DNA of 64,000 bases from contig JAZQUE010000074.1 in assembly GCA_045631145.1 (NCBI GenBank), positions 3,065 to 67,064 on the forward strand. The letters are read 5' to 3'. How positions within the stretch are numbered: position 1 is the stretch's first letter; each line of letters opens with the position of its first letter. The position numbers and the translations under genes were made by a program. Below, one piece after another: positions 53,473 through 61,665 of the stretch. The stretch is from Eubacteriales bacterium. GTDB taxonomy: Bacteria; Bacillota; Clostridia; Oscillospirales; SIG627. The notes under the pieces were generated by a model. The model worked only from the letters and a program-made list of their open reading frames with translations. It was not told the origin of the DNA and did not search any database.

Positions 53473-54407
53473 TGAGAGGTTGAAGTATTCCAAGCGTGAC
53501 GCTCACTCGGGCGTGGCGGTGCGTCGTTGGGGATTGTCGCCCGTCCTGTGCCGTATGTGCGTCGTCCTGTTGCGTCGATAAACTCACCTACGCCGAGCTG
53601 TATGTTCGCCTGTTGTGGGGCTTGTTTGCTTCCTCTGTTGTTGTCATAGTTGCCCTCCATGACCTTTACCCAATTTTTCGGGCTGTCAAACACCCAATCG
53701 AATGTTGCCGTCCATTGATGATTGTTGTTGCCCCGAAGAAAATCAGAAGCGGCAATTCTTTCAAACAGGGCTTCAATGGTCGGCATCCATTCTTCCTGTT
53801 TGCCGAACTCCTGTAAACGAGCCTTGATTTTATTGCGTCGTGCCTCCGAGAGCTTCTGTACTTTCGGGAGGAACGCCCCGCAGATAGAGTTCCACTTGTC
53901 GGCAATATCCTGATAAGGATATCTAACTCTATTCTCTTCTATTCTATTTTCTTCTAATCTATTCTCTTCTATTATGTTATCTGATGTTATAACATTGTTA
54001 TCGGGTGCTATATCCTTGTTACGGTTTCCCCAACGTGAAGACATACCACGTTTGCCCGCTTCTGAACGGCGTTGGAAGCGTTCGATAATGCTTTGGAAAC
54101 GGCGTTGGTGTGCTGTGCTGAACAGGCGGGTGCCGTCCTGTTGCAGAAGCCCGATTTTACAACAGTAGTCCACGATTTCGGATAACTCCTGTACTGACAC
54201 GTCAAAATCAGCGGCGAGGAGTTCTTTCGTCACATCGTCATACCCGATTTCAAACGCTTCAACATCAGTCAGAACCTCCAAGAGATAGTTCCACACGGCA
54301 TACCCTGTGTGAGAGAATTTTCGGCGGAGAGCCTTTATCTTCACGTCGTTTCGCATATCAGCGTCGTGCGTGAAGTATTGAGCCGCAAGTTTACCATTTA
54401 GTGCCAT
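53457..54407 (-). CDS. DUF4373 (Lin1244/Lin1753-like) replication initiation-type protein
   Basis: N-terminus YFTHDADMRNDVKIKALRRKFSHTGYAVWNYLLEVL fits the DUF4373 pattern. Contains the internal EENR repeats encoded by the iteron-like DNA. Confidence 0.6.
   Translation of the reverse strand: MALNGKLAAQYFTHDADMRNDVKIKALRRKFSHTGYAVWNYLLEVLTDVEAFEIGYDDVTKELLAADFDVSVQELSEIVDYCCKIGLLQQDGTRLFSTAHQRRFQSIIERFQRRSEAGKRGMSSRWGNRNKDIAPDNNVITSDNIIEENRLEENRIEENRVRYPYQDIADKWNSICGAFLPKVQKLSEARRNKIKARLQEFGKQEEWMPTIEALFERIAASDFLRGNNNHQWTATFDWVFDSPKNWVKVMEGNYDNNRGSKQAPQQANIQLGVGEFIDATGRRTYGTGRATIPNDAPPRPSERHAWNTSTSQWIIL
53931..54001 (-). repeat. iteron-like element inside the replication gene (second copy of the 38781-38880 element)
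   Basis: 53986-54001 is the exact reverse complement of 38781-38796. Three TGTTAT units plus attctcttct-type repeats (encoding IIEENRLEENRIEENR). Confidence 0.6.
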
Positions 54408-54416
54408 AACTATGAT

Positions 54417-55796
54417 TTATTGAATTGTTGCTATGATTGATTTCCTGAGTTTCTCATTCTTGGCACTCCATTCAAAATTGTTCAACATCCATTGCCGATA
54501 GTTCAACGGAATGTCGCAAATGCGTTCGCCCTTGTATTTTCCGAAAGGCATTATCTCAATCGGCTGCTCGGCTTGCTTGTCAATGGCTGCAGTGTCCTCA
54601 CGGGTTATCTTCCCGATGTCAGTTATCGGAATGCCGCTCAACAGGCGACCGCCTGTCCCGAACATTCGCCATATCTTGCCTTGCTCGAAAGTGATGTCCT
54701 CGACACGTCCGAAGCGTGAAACATTACCGCCCAAATCAACTATCAGTGCGTCCTCCTTGCCCTCGTCAATACGGGTGGCACGTCCGATAATCTGATAGTA
54801 CAGGGCTATGGAGGCTGTCGATATTCCGAGGATAATACAGTCAATGCCTGTATAGTCGAAACCTGTCGAAAGCACCCGCACGTTAAAAATTACCCTGATT
54901 CTGCCCGCTTTGAACTCGTTGATAATGTTTGCCCTCTCTGCGGGCTTCATATCGCCGTAAATCACAGCAGAACCCGTGTAGCGGTGCGATAAGTCGATTG
55001 CGTCCTGTACCGAGGGACAGAACACGAGGATATGCTGCCTGTCCGTGTGCTTGTCGAGGGCTTCGATTATACCCTGTTCCCCTCCGTTGGCTTCATAAGC
55101 CCGCAGGACGCTGTCCTCCGTGAACTCCGATTTCGAGGTGTTGTAAACCAACATACTGCTGTCGAAGTCGGCGGCTTCATAGCGGAGTTTGCTCCAAAAG
55201 CCGAGCTGTACCATTTCAGATACCTGTCCGACGTGGATAATGTCTTTATAGAAATTGCCTTTCTTGCTGCGTGATGTCAGCATAACGAGCTTTGAGAATG
55301 TGCCGCCGTCCTGATCATAGTTCTGTTGGAGCTTTACAGGCGTTGCGGTTATACCGAGGACGTGTGTTATCCCGCTGTCAGCGAGGAAACGTCCTAACAT
55401 ACTGTCAGCCTCACGGGGATATAGGTGTGCCTCGTCGATGAGTACTTTCGTGAAGCCCATTTCCTTGAACTGCGCCCCGAGGTTCTTTATCGAGCCGATT
55501 GTAGCGTAGGTTATCTGTGCGATTTCCTTTCGCCCGAATGAAGCCGAGTAAATGCCCGCATTCACAGCGAAACCGTCACACAGGGCGTAGTACTTCTTGA
55601 TGTTCTGTTCCAACAGCTCCTTTGAGGGTTGGAGAACCAAGAGCCTGTCGTTACAGTTCATTGCGACAAAAGCCGTCAGGATTGATTTGCCCCACGCTGT
55701 TGGCAGGACTATCAAACTTGGCTTCGGCTTCTGCTGCTTGAAGAACTCAATCGCTTTCTGTATCGGTTCGGTTTGGTTTGACCGTAATTGTATCAT
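54417..55796 (-). CDS. SF2 DEAD/DEAH-box helicase (ResIII-type)
   Basis: Motif I LPTAWGKS, motif II LIDEAHLY, motif VI QIIGRATR. ATG at 55796. Confidence 0.75.
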   Translation of the reverse strand: MIQLRSNQTEPIQKAIEFFKQQKPKPSLIVLPTAWGKSILTAFVAMNCNDRLLVLQPSKELLEQNIKKYYALCDGFAVNAGIYSASFGRKEIAQITYATIGSIKNLGAQFKEMGFTKVLIDEAHLYPREADSMLGRFLADSGITHVLGITATPVKLQQNYDQDGGTFSKLVMLTSRSKKGNFYKDIIHVGQVSEMVQLGFWSKLRYEAADFDSSMLVYNTSKSEFTEDSVLRAYEANGGEQGIIEALDKHTDRQHILVFCPSVQDAIDLSHRYTGSAVIYGDMKPAERANIINEFKAGRIRVIFNVRVLSTGFDYTGIDCIILGISTASIALYYQIIGRATRIDEGKEDALIVDLGGNVSRFGRVEDITFEQGKIWRMFGTGGRLLSGIPITDIGKITREDTAAIDKQAEQPIEIMPFGKYKGERICDIPLNYRQWMLNNFEWSAKNEKLRKSIIATIQ

Positions 55797-55938
55797 TGTT
55801 GCTATGAGAAAAGGAAAGCCGCACGTAGGGCTAACCACGCATAACAGTTGCGTCGGGCTTCCTTTCGGAGCAGCCCACCCGTGTGCGGCTTTGTATATAT
55901 TTCAACGATGAATCTCATATCTGTTCTTTTGGTTATCG

Positions 55939-55965
55939 CAAAGTTAAAACGATTATATTATAATC
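55939..55965 (-). promoter_or_regulatory. 15-bp palindrome GATTATA-T-TATAATC plus TAACTTTG (-7 box, minus strand)
   Basis: Palindrome at 55951-55965. 4 nt further on the minus strand is TAACTTTG (55939-55946). Upstream of the helicase/replication genes. Confidence 0.45.
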
Positions 55966-56173
55966 ACTTTTGATTTCGAGAATTTTTTAACCGTTCAGGT
56001 AAATCAGAGGGCGAAAACGGCTGTTTCTTCATCAACTCCCTACGGAGTATCTTCGCTCGTCGGCATAGGTTGAACACCCGTGTATTGCTGCTGCTCACGT
56101 CCTTGTTGCTCTCACACAGGTAGTCGATATAGCGGATAATCTCGTCACGCTGTTGGTTAGATATTGCAATCAT
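55964..56173 (-). CDS. hypothetical protein (69 aa)
   Basis: Small ORF. Its stop lies inside the palindrome. Confidence 0.4.
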   Translation of the reverse strand: MIAISNQQRDEIIRYIDYLCESNKDVSSSNTRVFNLCRRAKILRRELMKKQPFSPSDLPERLKNSRNQK

Positions 56174-56192
56174 TTTCGCTCTGTTTTACGGG

Positions 56193-57134
56193 TTATTTCA
56201 ACAGGAAGCGTCGAGCCCCTGTAACGGTCTTTGTAAACTCTCTCGCAAGGTCAGGATGTGCGGCTTGAAAAGCCTTTGCGTCGAACTTCTCACTGTCTTT
56301 CGGGGCTTTCCAAGTAGCGATTGTCTGTCCCCCGTAGCTGATAGCCTCTGCGTCACCGAAACCGAGCTTAATGCGTCCCTCCAATTCCTCTTTGCGTTCT
56401 TCGAGGCGGGAGAGTTCTTCTTTTACCCCTTTCAGTTGATTGTAGGCTTCAAAGATTTCCTCCGTCACTTCGAGAACCTTGCCCGCTGTGTGGCGGTTGT
56501 ATTTCAGGAGAACGTCCTGTACGGAAACGGCTGACGGTTCTTGCTTTCCAAGGATATTGTCAGTCCAAAATCGCTCAACCTCCTCAACGAGCCAAGCGTA
56601 GAAGTCGGGAACGAGCATAAGGTCTTTATACCCGAACTCCCTGCCCTGTGTGAGCCAAGCGATACTGCCCTGTGTGAGTTCCGCTCCTCCGAGCTGATAC
56701 TGAACCTGACAGAACCAATGCTTCGGGAGGTCGTCCCCGTCAATGGCTTTCTGTGTTGTCTTACACTCCAAAATGCCCTTGTTTTGGTCGTTGTGCTTCA
56801 TACCCTCCAACCAATATGTACGGTCGGGAGAAACCTGTATAAACTGTTTCTCGTTGTTGCGGATAATCCAATCCCCGACAGAGCGTTTGATAACCTCACG
56901 TCCTGTTGCGTCCTGCCAAAACTGCGAAACAGCGTCCTCGAGGTAGTGTCCCGCTTTCATCGCAAAGGTTTCCTCTTTCGGAGCGTCAAGCCCGATTTTA
57001 CGTCTCCATAACTGATACGGGGTTTCCCAAGGGTTCAAGCCTACGATAGTGGCTACCTCGCTGCTGCCGATACCTGATTTTCTGAACTCCAACCATTCGG
57101 CACGGTCTTTCGGTCTGATAACTGTAACACTCAT
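56193..57134 (-). CDS. YqaJ-type (lambda Exo-like) recombination exonuclease
   Basis: ..RAEWLEFRKSGIGSSEVATIVGLNPWETPYQLW.. is the YqaJ N-terminal signature. Paired with RecT in the same operon. Confidence 0.75.
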   Translation of the reverse strand: MSVTVIRPKDRAEWLEFRKSGIGSSEVATIVGLNPWETPYQLWRRKIGLDAPKEETFAMKAGHYLEDAVSQFWQDATGREVIKRSVGDWIIRNNEKQFIQVSPDRTYWLEGMKHNDQNKGILECKTTQKAIDGDDLPKHWFCQVQYQLGGAELTQGSIAWLTQGREFGYKDLMLVPDFYAWLVEEVERFWTDNILGKQEPSAVSVQDVLLKYNRHTAGKVLEVTEEIFEAYNQLKGVKEELSRLEERKEELEGRIKLGFGDAEAISYGGQTIATWKAPKDSEKFDAKAFQAAHPDLAREFTKTVTGARRFLLK

Positions 57135-57445
57135 TTCTGTTCCTCCTCTTCGATTTCGTTAATAACTTCGGCTGCAACCTTGCAGAATTTTTTCATCATA
57201 GATTCAGCGGCTAATTCCTTACAGGCTCTGCGAATGAGCTTTGGCAAATCAGGGCAATCTTTGAATGCTCCTTTCAACATTGCAACGATGTGCTCTCCTG
57301 AACCCGCTAACCCCGCTGATAATGAATACTGCTTGTGGGTTTCATCTGTTCCTGTCAGCTCTGTTGTCAGTACGATAATTGCTCTCTTGTCGTTGTCAGC
57401 TTCCTGCCATTTGGCGAGGTTTTCAATAAGTTCTTTACGTTCCAT
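57131..57445 (-). CDS. hypothetical protein (104 aa)
   Basis: ORF with a 4-nt overlap to the exonuclease gene. Confidence 0.45.
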   Translation of the reverse strand: MERKELIENLAKWQEADNDKRAIIVLTTELTGTDETHKQYSLSAGLAGSGEHIVAMLKGAFKDCPDLPKLIRRACKELAAESMMKKFCKVAAEVINEIEEEEQK

Positions 57446-57503
57446 ATTATCTGTTTTTTACGGTTATGAAATATGGGAGAGCCGAAGCCCTCCCGATGAT
57501 ACT

Positions 57504-58079
57504 TTATGCGTCCTTGCGGGTTAGGAGATAGTCAGCCCAAATGCCGATGAACTGCTTGCCGCAGTACGTGGCGAGTTCGGGGGTTTTCAAGCAAAGGCGA
57601 GAGCCGACGCTCGCAAACGTATACGAGGGCACGAGATTCGAGTACGCAAAGGCGAAGCCAGCATAGTCTGTAACATAGTCGCCTGTGTTCATCATACGAC
57701 GGTCGTTCTTCTCGTCCTCGTCCATATCCTCAATTTCCTGTTCGGTGTAGAGCCAAAACCAAGGATAATAACGCCATTCCTCCGTTGTGAACTGTGGCTT
57801 CCAACCCTCATTCAACGCCTGTACGATGATACGGAGCTTGAAATATGCGAGGATATCAGGCTCAACATCAGAGTAACCGTCCTCCCAACCCTCGGGGTCG
57901 TTTATGCCTACCGCCTTTGCTGCGTCGGCAAACGTCTTGATACGTTCTGTTACAGGGCGATTATCCGCTGTCTGTGGGGTTTCAAACTGTGCTTCGGGGA
58001 AAAGAGCTTGAAGCATTTTTTTACCGCTGTCGTCGGCTGTATTATAAGCCGCAACGAGATTTTCTTTCTTGATTTCCAT
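57504..58079 (-). CDS. DGR variable protein 2 (remote target, 191 aa) in the early operon
   Basis: ..DYAGFAFAYSNLVPSYTFASVGSRLCL.. is encoded by VR2, which matches the TR about 35 kb away. No signal peptide visible. Confidence 0.75.
   Translation of the reverse strand: MEIKKENLVAAYNTADDSGKKMLQALFPEAQFETPQTADNRPVTERIKTFADAAKAVGINDPEGWEDGYSDVEPDILAYFKLRIIVQALNEGWKPQFTTEEWRYYPWFWLYTEQEIEDMDEDEKNDRRMMNTGDYVTDYAGFAFAYSNLVPSYTFASVGSRLCLKTPELATYCGKQFIGIWADYLLTRKDA
57595..57664 (-). repeat. DGR variable repeat VR2 (remote)
   Basis: Manual alignment to TR 22231-22300 gives 11 differences in 70 nt, all at TR adenines (coding strand). Same reading frame as VR1 and the same 3' flank as VR1. Confidence 0.8.
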
Positions 58080-58100
58080 TTTGTTGCTGATTATGGGTTA

Positions 58101-58982
58101 TTACTTTTGATTGTCGATGATTTCGCCCGTTTCGGGGTTCACGTTGGCGGGAACATTGCCTGTTGCCTGTGCAATAGCCTTTGTCGCCTTATCCTGTGCC
58201 GAGGTCGTTTTCTTCTTCGCTTCGGCTTCCTTTTTGGCTTCAAGGGCGGGTTTCACGAAACATTCCTGTACGGTTGTCGTTCCCTCCTTAATGGCGTTCC
58301 AAGTGGCTCTCAATTCAAAGAGGGCTTCCTTGTCGATGTCCGCTACACTGTTCTTGCCGAGATACTCCAAGAGCATTTTTTCTGTTACGCCTGATTTAGC
58401 GAAATTGGCGATACAGTTCTGACGGGCTGTCTCGATGTCGATTGCCTGTCCGAGGGCGACCTGTTTAACGTCGTTGATAACACGCTTTGTCACAGCCTTT
58501 GGGATAACAGCCAACACGGCGTTTCGGAAAGCGATTGAAGCGGCGGCGTTGCCTGTAACAACCTGCATATCCTCGCTGTACGTTCTTCCGTTCTTGTCAG
58601 TGATACGGCGTTTCACTTCCTTGCTTACGGCGAAGTTGGTTTCAAGGTCGTGGCAGATAGCCTGTGCGGTTATCATTCGTCCGTCGTTGCCGATGATACG
58701 GGTTTGCACTCGGAGGTTACCCCAAGCCCCTGCGATGATTTCAGCCATACGAACCGATAAGCCCTCAATGACACTGTCCTGTCCGTTCTGTCCCTTGCGG
58801 CGGAGAACATAAAAACAGTCCTCGGCGGTTTCCCTATCCATAGTGGCGTAGGTTGCAATCTTATTCAGAGTTGCGTTCAGATCACGTGGATACTGCTTTG
58901 CGGTCGAGATTTGAATGTCCACTTCCGCACGGTTGATTGCTTGCAGCATATCAGCCTGTTTGATTTCGATAATGTCGTTCAT
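58101..58982 (-). CDS. recT: RecT-family single-strand annealing protein
   Basis: ..AEDCFYVLRRKGQNGQDSVIEGLSVRMAEIIAGAWGNLRV..ITAQAICHDLETNFAVSKEV.. fits the RecT pattern. ATG at 58982. Confidence 0.7.
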   Translation of the reverse strand: MNDIIEIKQADMLQAINRAEVDIQISTAKQYPRDLNATLNKIATYATMDRETAEDCFYVLRRKGQNGQDSVIEGLSVRMAEIIAGAWGNLRVQTRIIGNDGRMITAQAICHDLETNFAVSKEVKRRITDKNGRTYSEDMQVVTGNAAASIAFRNAVLAVIPKAVTKRVINDVKQVALGQAIDIETARQNCIANFAKSGVTEKMLLEYLGKNSVADIDKEALFELRATWNAIKEGTTTVQECFVKPALEAKKEAEAKKKTTSAQDKATKAIAQATGNVPANVNPETGEIIDNQK

Positions 58983-58989
58983 ACTGTTA

Positions 58990-59241
58990 TTATTGATTAT
59001 TGCCCTCTGACAGCTTCGGGCTTTGCTTTTCGTGATAGTAAACTTTGTATTTTCGTCCGTCGGGAGCAACCTCCCAATAGTCCTTGATGTGGAAGCCCTC
59101 GTCACGGAGCGTTGAAATAATCTTTCGGAAATCAATGGTGTGTCCGATTTGGTTGCCTGTGTACGTTGTCAGGCGTTCGCCCCTTTCAAGTGCCGCCCTG
59201 ATGAGCTGCTTAGGCGATGTTTGCGGGTTCTGATTTCGCAT
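58990..59241 (-). CDS. hypothetical small protein (83 aa)
   Basis: ORF in the early operon. Confidence 0.4.
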   Translation of the reverse strand: MRNQNPQTSPKQLIRAALERGERLTTYTGNQIGHTIDFRKIISTLRDEGFHIKDYWEVAPDGRKYKVYYHEKQSPKLSEGNNQ

Positions 59242-59246
59242 AGCTG

Positions 59247-59540
59247 TTACTTTTTATGAGTTGATACATAGGTCGAAGCCTTGCTTCTTATTTCCTTGTC
59301 TGTTTTTACCTCCCGTTCCAACATCCACTCCTCGAGTTCCTGTTTCTTGAAATAGAGTTTGCGGTTCTTCTTGTAGTGGGGGATTTGTCGCTTGCTTGTC
59401 AGGTTATACAGGTGGCTCTCGCTGTAGCCTGTGAACACTGCCGCTTCGGAGAGGTCGAGGACGGTTTTTGAACCTATCATCGCCAACTGCTCGATACGGT
59501 CGAGCTTGTCGTTCATTTCTTGAATTGCCTCGTTGCTCAT
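59247..59540 (-). CDS. excisionase-type HTH (HTH_17/MerR-like) DNA-binding protein
   Basis: VLDLSEAAVFTGYSESHLYNLTSKRQIPHYKKNRKLYFKKQELEEWM is the typical Xis/AlpA-like motif. Confidence 0.6.
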   Translation of the reverse strand: MSNEAIQEMNDKLDRIEQLAMIGSKTVLDLSEAAVFTGYSESHLYNLTSKRQIPHYKKNRKLYFKKQELEEWMLEREVKTDKEIRSKASTYVSTHKK

Positions 59541-59779
59541 ACCTCGTCCTCCTCAATGTCTTTTTTTACACGTTCAGGGAGCAAGTCTTCTGCATACAGC
59601 TTCTTGGCTATGAGATAGCAGATATACAACACGAAGCCCGCCGCAAGTTTCCATAGGAAGAATTGCTCCAAAGGCATTTCGTCACTTTCGCCGCAGAACA
59701 CCATAAATGCGATTGCCCCGACTGTCAGGAGTATTGCGAACAATACCCATTTCCCGATTTCCTTACAGATTGTTTTCAT
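59537..59779 (-). CDS. small two-TM membrane protein
   Basis: WVLFAILLTVGAIAFMVFCG and LAAGFVLYICYLIAKKL. Confidence 0.45.
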   Translation of the reverse strand: MKTICKEIGKWVLFAILLTVGAIAFMVFCGESDEMPLEQFFLWKLAAGFVLYICYLIAKKLYAEDLLPERVKKDIEEDEV

Positions 59780-60092
59780 ATTCCAACTGATTTAGTCCGA
59801 TTTTGATAATCTCTTGATACTTTTGCAAGAGGCGTATTAGCCGCCTGTTTTCAGAGTTGAGTGTCCTGTTCGCCTGTTCCAACGCCTTGATGTAGCGTTC
59901 GTCCGTATGTCCGTTCCGTTGAACAGTCACCGTTACCGTTTCAAGGTTGGGGAGGAGTTCTTCGGTTATGGAAACCGTTACCTCGACCTTTCCTTTCCGT
60001 TTCGCTGCCTTGCGTTCCCAATAGCCGTCCTGATACTTTTTGTTGTACAGATACTTCTCGTGGGCGGCTTCAGGGCTCAACCTCTTGCTCAT
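59763..60092 (-). CDS. hypothetical protein (109 aa)
   Basis: ORF in the early operon. Confidence 0.4.
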   Translation of the reverse strand: MSKRLSPEAAHEKYLYNKKYQDGYWERKAAKRKGKVEVTVSITEELLPNLETVTVTVQRNGHTDERYIKALEQANRTLNSENRRLIRLLQKYQEIIKIGLNQLEYENNL

Positions 60093-60325
60093 GCTGTTGC
60101 CTCCTCTCGTTTTAATCGTTCCTCAACCCGCTTGCGGATTGTGTAGATAGTTCCCTCGGAGTTGATACCGTACTTCTTCATCAGGTGCTGATTTACTACG
60201 GTCTTGCTTTGCTCCTTGTCAGCAGTGAGTTCGTTGTACTCATTGTAAATAGCCAAGTCACGTTCCTGTCGTGCCATTTGGCAATCTGTCATTTTTGGAA
60301 TCACCTCTTTCATTTTTATTTTCAA
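60089..60325 (-). CDS. first early gene, small HTH-like protein (Cro/regulator candidate)
   Basis: Lies divergent from the repressor-type genes. ..MKKYGINSEGTIYTIRKRV.. looks HTH-like. Confidence 0.35.
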   Translation of the reverse strand: MKIKMKEVIPKMTDCQMARQERDLAIYNEYNELTADKEQSKTVVNQHLMKKYGINSEGTIYTIRKRVEERLKREEATA

Positions 60326-60393
60326 TTTTACTTATTGGTTTATTTCCGATTTTATTTCCTTTTTCGTATCTTTGTTGCGATATTAAATTGTAT

Positions 60394-60409
60394 CACGGTG
60401 CAAATATAA
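60394..60409 (-). promoter_or_regulatory. early promoter candidate TTATATTTGCACCGTG (minus strand)
   Basis: The same 16-mer as 36386-36401. Contains TATATTTG (TAnnTTTG). Lies about 70 nt upstream of the first early gene. Confidence 0.45.
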
Positions 60410-60477
60410 ACAAAGTTTCGATTATAGAAACAGAAATCGAAACAAAATTTCGCTCCAAAAATTAAAATAATTTGTAT

Positions 60478-60900
60478 ATGACTGAAAATCAGCGTATTAA
60501 AAAGGCGATAAATTGGTTAATATTTCAAGGTGTCGCAGAAAGCGAAAAAGAGCTTGCAGACCTGTTAGGATATACCAAATCCTCATTTTCGCAGATTGTG
60601 AACGGAAAAGTCCCCTTGTCGGAAAAGTTTGTAAAAAAGCTCTGTGGGCTTGATGAAAATATAAACGAAGTTTGGATTTTACGAGGAGAGGGAGATTTGC
60701 TCAAAAATAACCCGAACGGTTTACAGACGGTTGAAATCTCCCGTGAGGCTTGGAGAATTATACAGTTACAGGCGGAAAGTCTCGCCGCCCGTGATAAACA
60801 GATTGACGAGCTTGTCGGATTGCTGAAAGAACAGCTCCGTGAACAGAAAAAAACAGTTGCCCCGACGGACGGAGCTGCAACCTCTGCCGTTGCAGGGTAA
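60478..60900 (+). CDS. CI-type HTH repressor candidate 1
   Basis: ELADLLGYTKSSFSQIVNGK...VWILRGEGDLL is a phage CI N-terminal-type HTH, followed by a coiled coil. Divergent from the early operon. Confidence 0.6.
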   Translation: MTENQRIKKAINWLIFQGVAESEKELADLLGYTKSSFSQIVNGKVPLSEKFVKKLCGLDENINEVWILRGEGDLLKNNPNGLQTVEISREAWRIIQLQAESLAARDKQIDELVGLLKEQLREQKKTVAPTDGAATSAVAG

Positions 60901-60936
60901 CGCTGTTCGGGAAAACCCCATTATATTGATGTGCCT

Positions 60937-61413
60937 ATGAAAGACAGGTTACAGATGATTATCGATTATAAGACAGGCGGGAAGCAGACCGCATTTGCCA
61001 AACAGCTGGGGTGGACTCCTCAATACCTTGCTAAATTACTGCGAGGAGAGAACTTCGGCATTCAGCCTGTTATTACTTTGCTATCCTCGTTCCCCGAGAT
61101 TGACGCACGTTGGCTGTTGCTCGGAGAGGGGAAGATGTTAGCCAATGAAGCGTACACGGGTATTCGTCAGGGAATGTACGCCCACATACAGGACATTCTC
61201 GAATTGGAAAAATATCTGCCGTATATGCAGCCGAATGAACTACACGAGTTTGAACAGGCTGTGATTACAGGCAAAATCCCTGTTTTTAGCCCCGACACGC
61301 TTTCCAAATGGCAAAGACAGGCAAGCGAACGAGAAAATGAAATAAATGTAAAATTCGCCGTTGCGGGCGGTAAATCAGATATGTTATGCAAACAGCAGAC
61401 AGCCAAAAAGTGA
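60937..61413 (+). CDS. CI-type HTH protein 2
   Basis: FAKQLGWTPQYLAKLLRGE...ARWLLLGEGKML. Confidence 0.55.
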   Translation: MKDRLQMIIDYKTGGKQTAFAKQLGWTPQYLAKLLRGENFGIQPVITLLSSFPEIDARWLLLGEGKMLANEAYTGIRQGMYAHIQDILELEKYLPYMQPNELHEFEQAVITGKIPVFSPDTLSKWQRQASERENEINVKFAVAGGKSDMLCKQQTAKK

Positions 61414-61655
61414 TTAAGAGGTTTTTCGAGGCAATATACGCCCTGAAAGCTGCGGGAACGATAAGAGGGAAACAAACCTTTACCAATCAGTACGAGATAA
61501 ACCGTTGGAATTTCAACACCCTTGAAAAAGAACCCGAACGGGATATTTTTCAGACAGCTTGGCTGACATATCTTGTGCGTGATTACGGAGTGTCGGCGAC
61601 TTGGCTTCTGACAGGTGTCGGAGATATGTTTGCAAAGAAAAACGGGGCGAAATAA
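61386..61655 (+). CDS. CI-type HTH-like protein 3
   Basis: ..VSATWLLTGVGDMF shares the same C-terminal motif. Overlaps the previous gene by 28 nt. Confidence 0.45.
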   Translation: MQTADSQKVIKRFFEAIYALKAAGTIRGKQTFTNQYEINRWNFNTLEKEPERDIFQTAWLTYLVRDYGVSATWLLTGVGDMFAKKNGAK

Positions 61656-61665
61656 GCCCCGTTCG

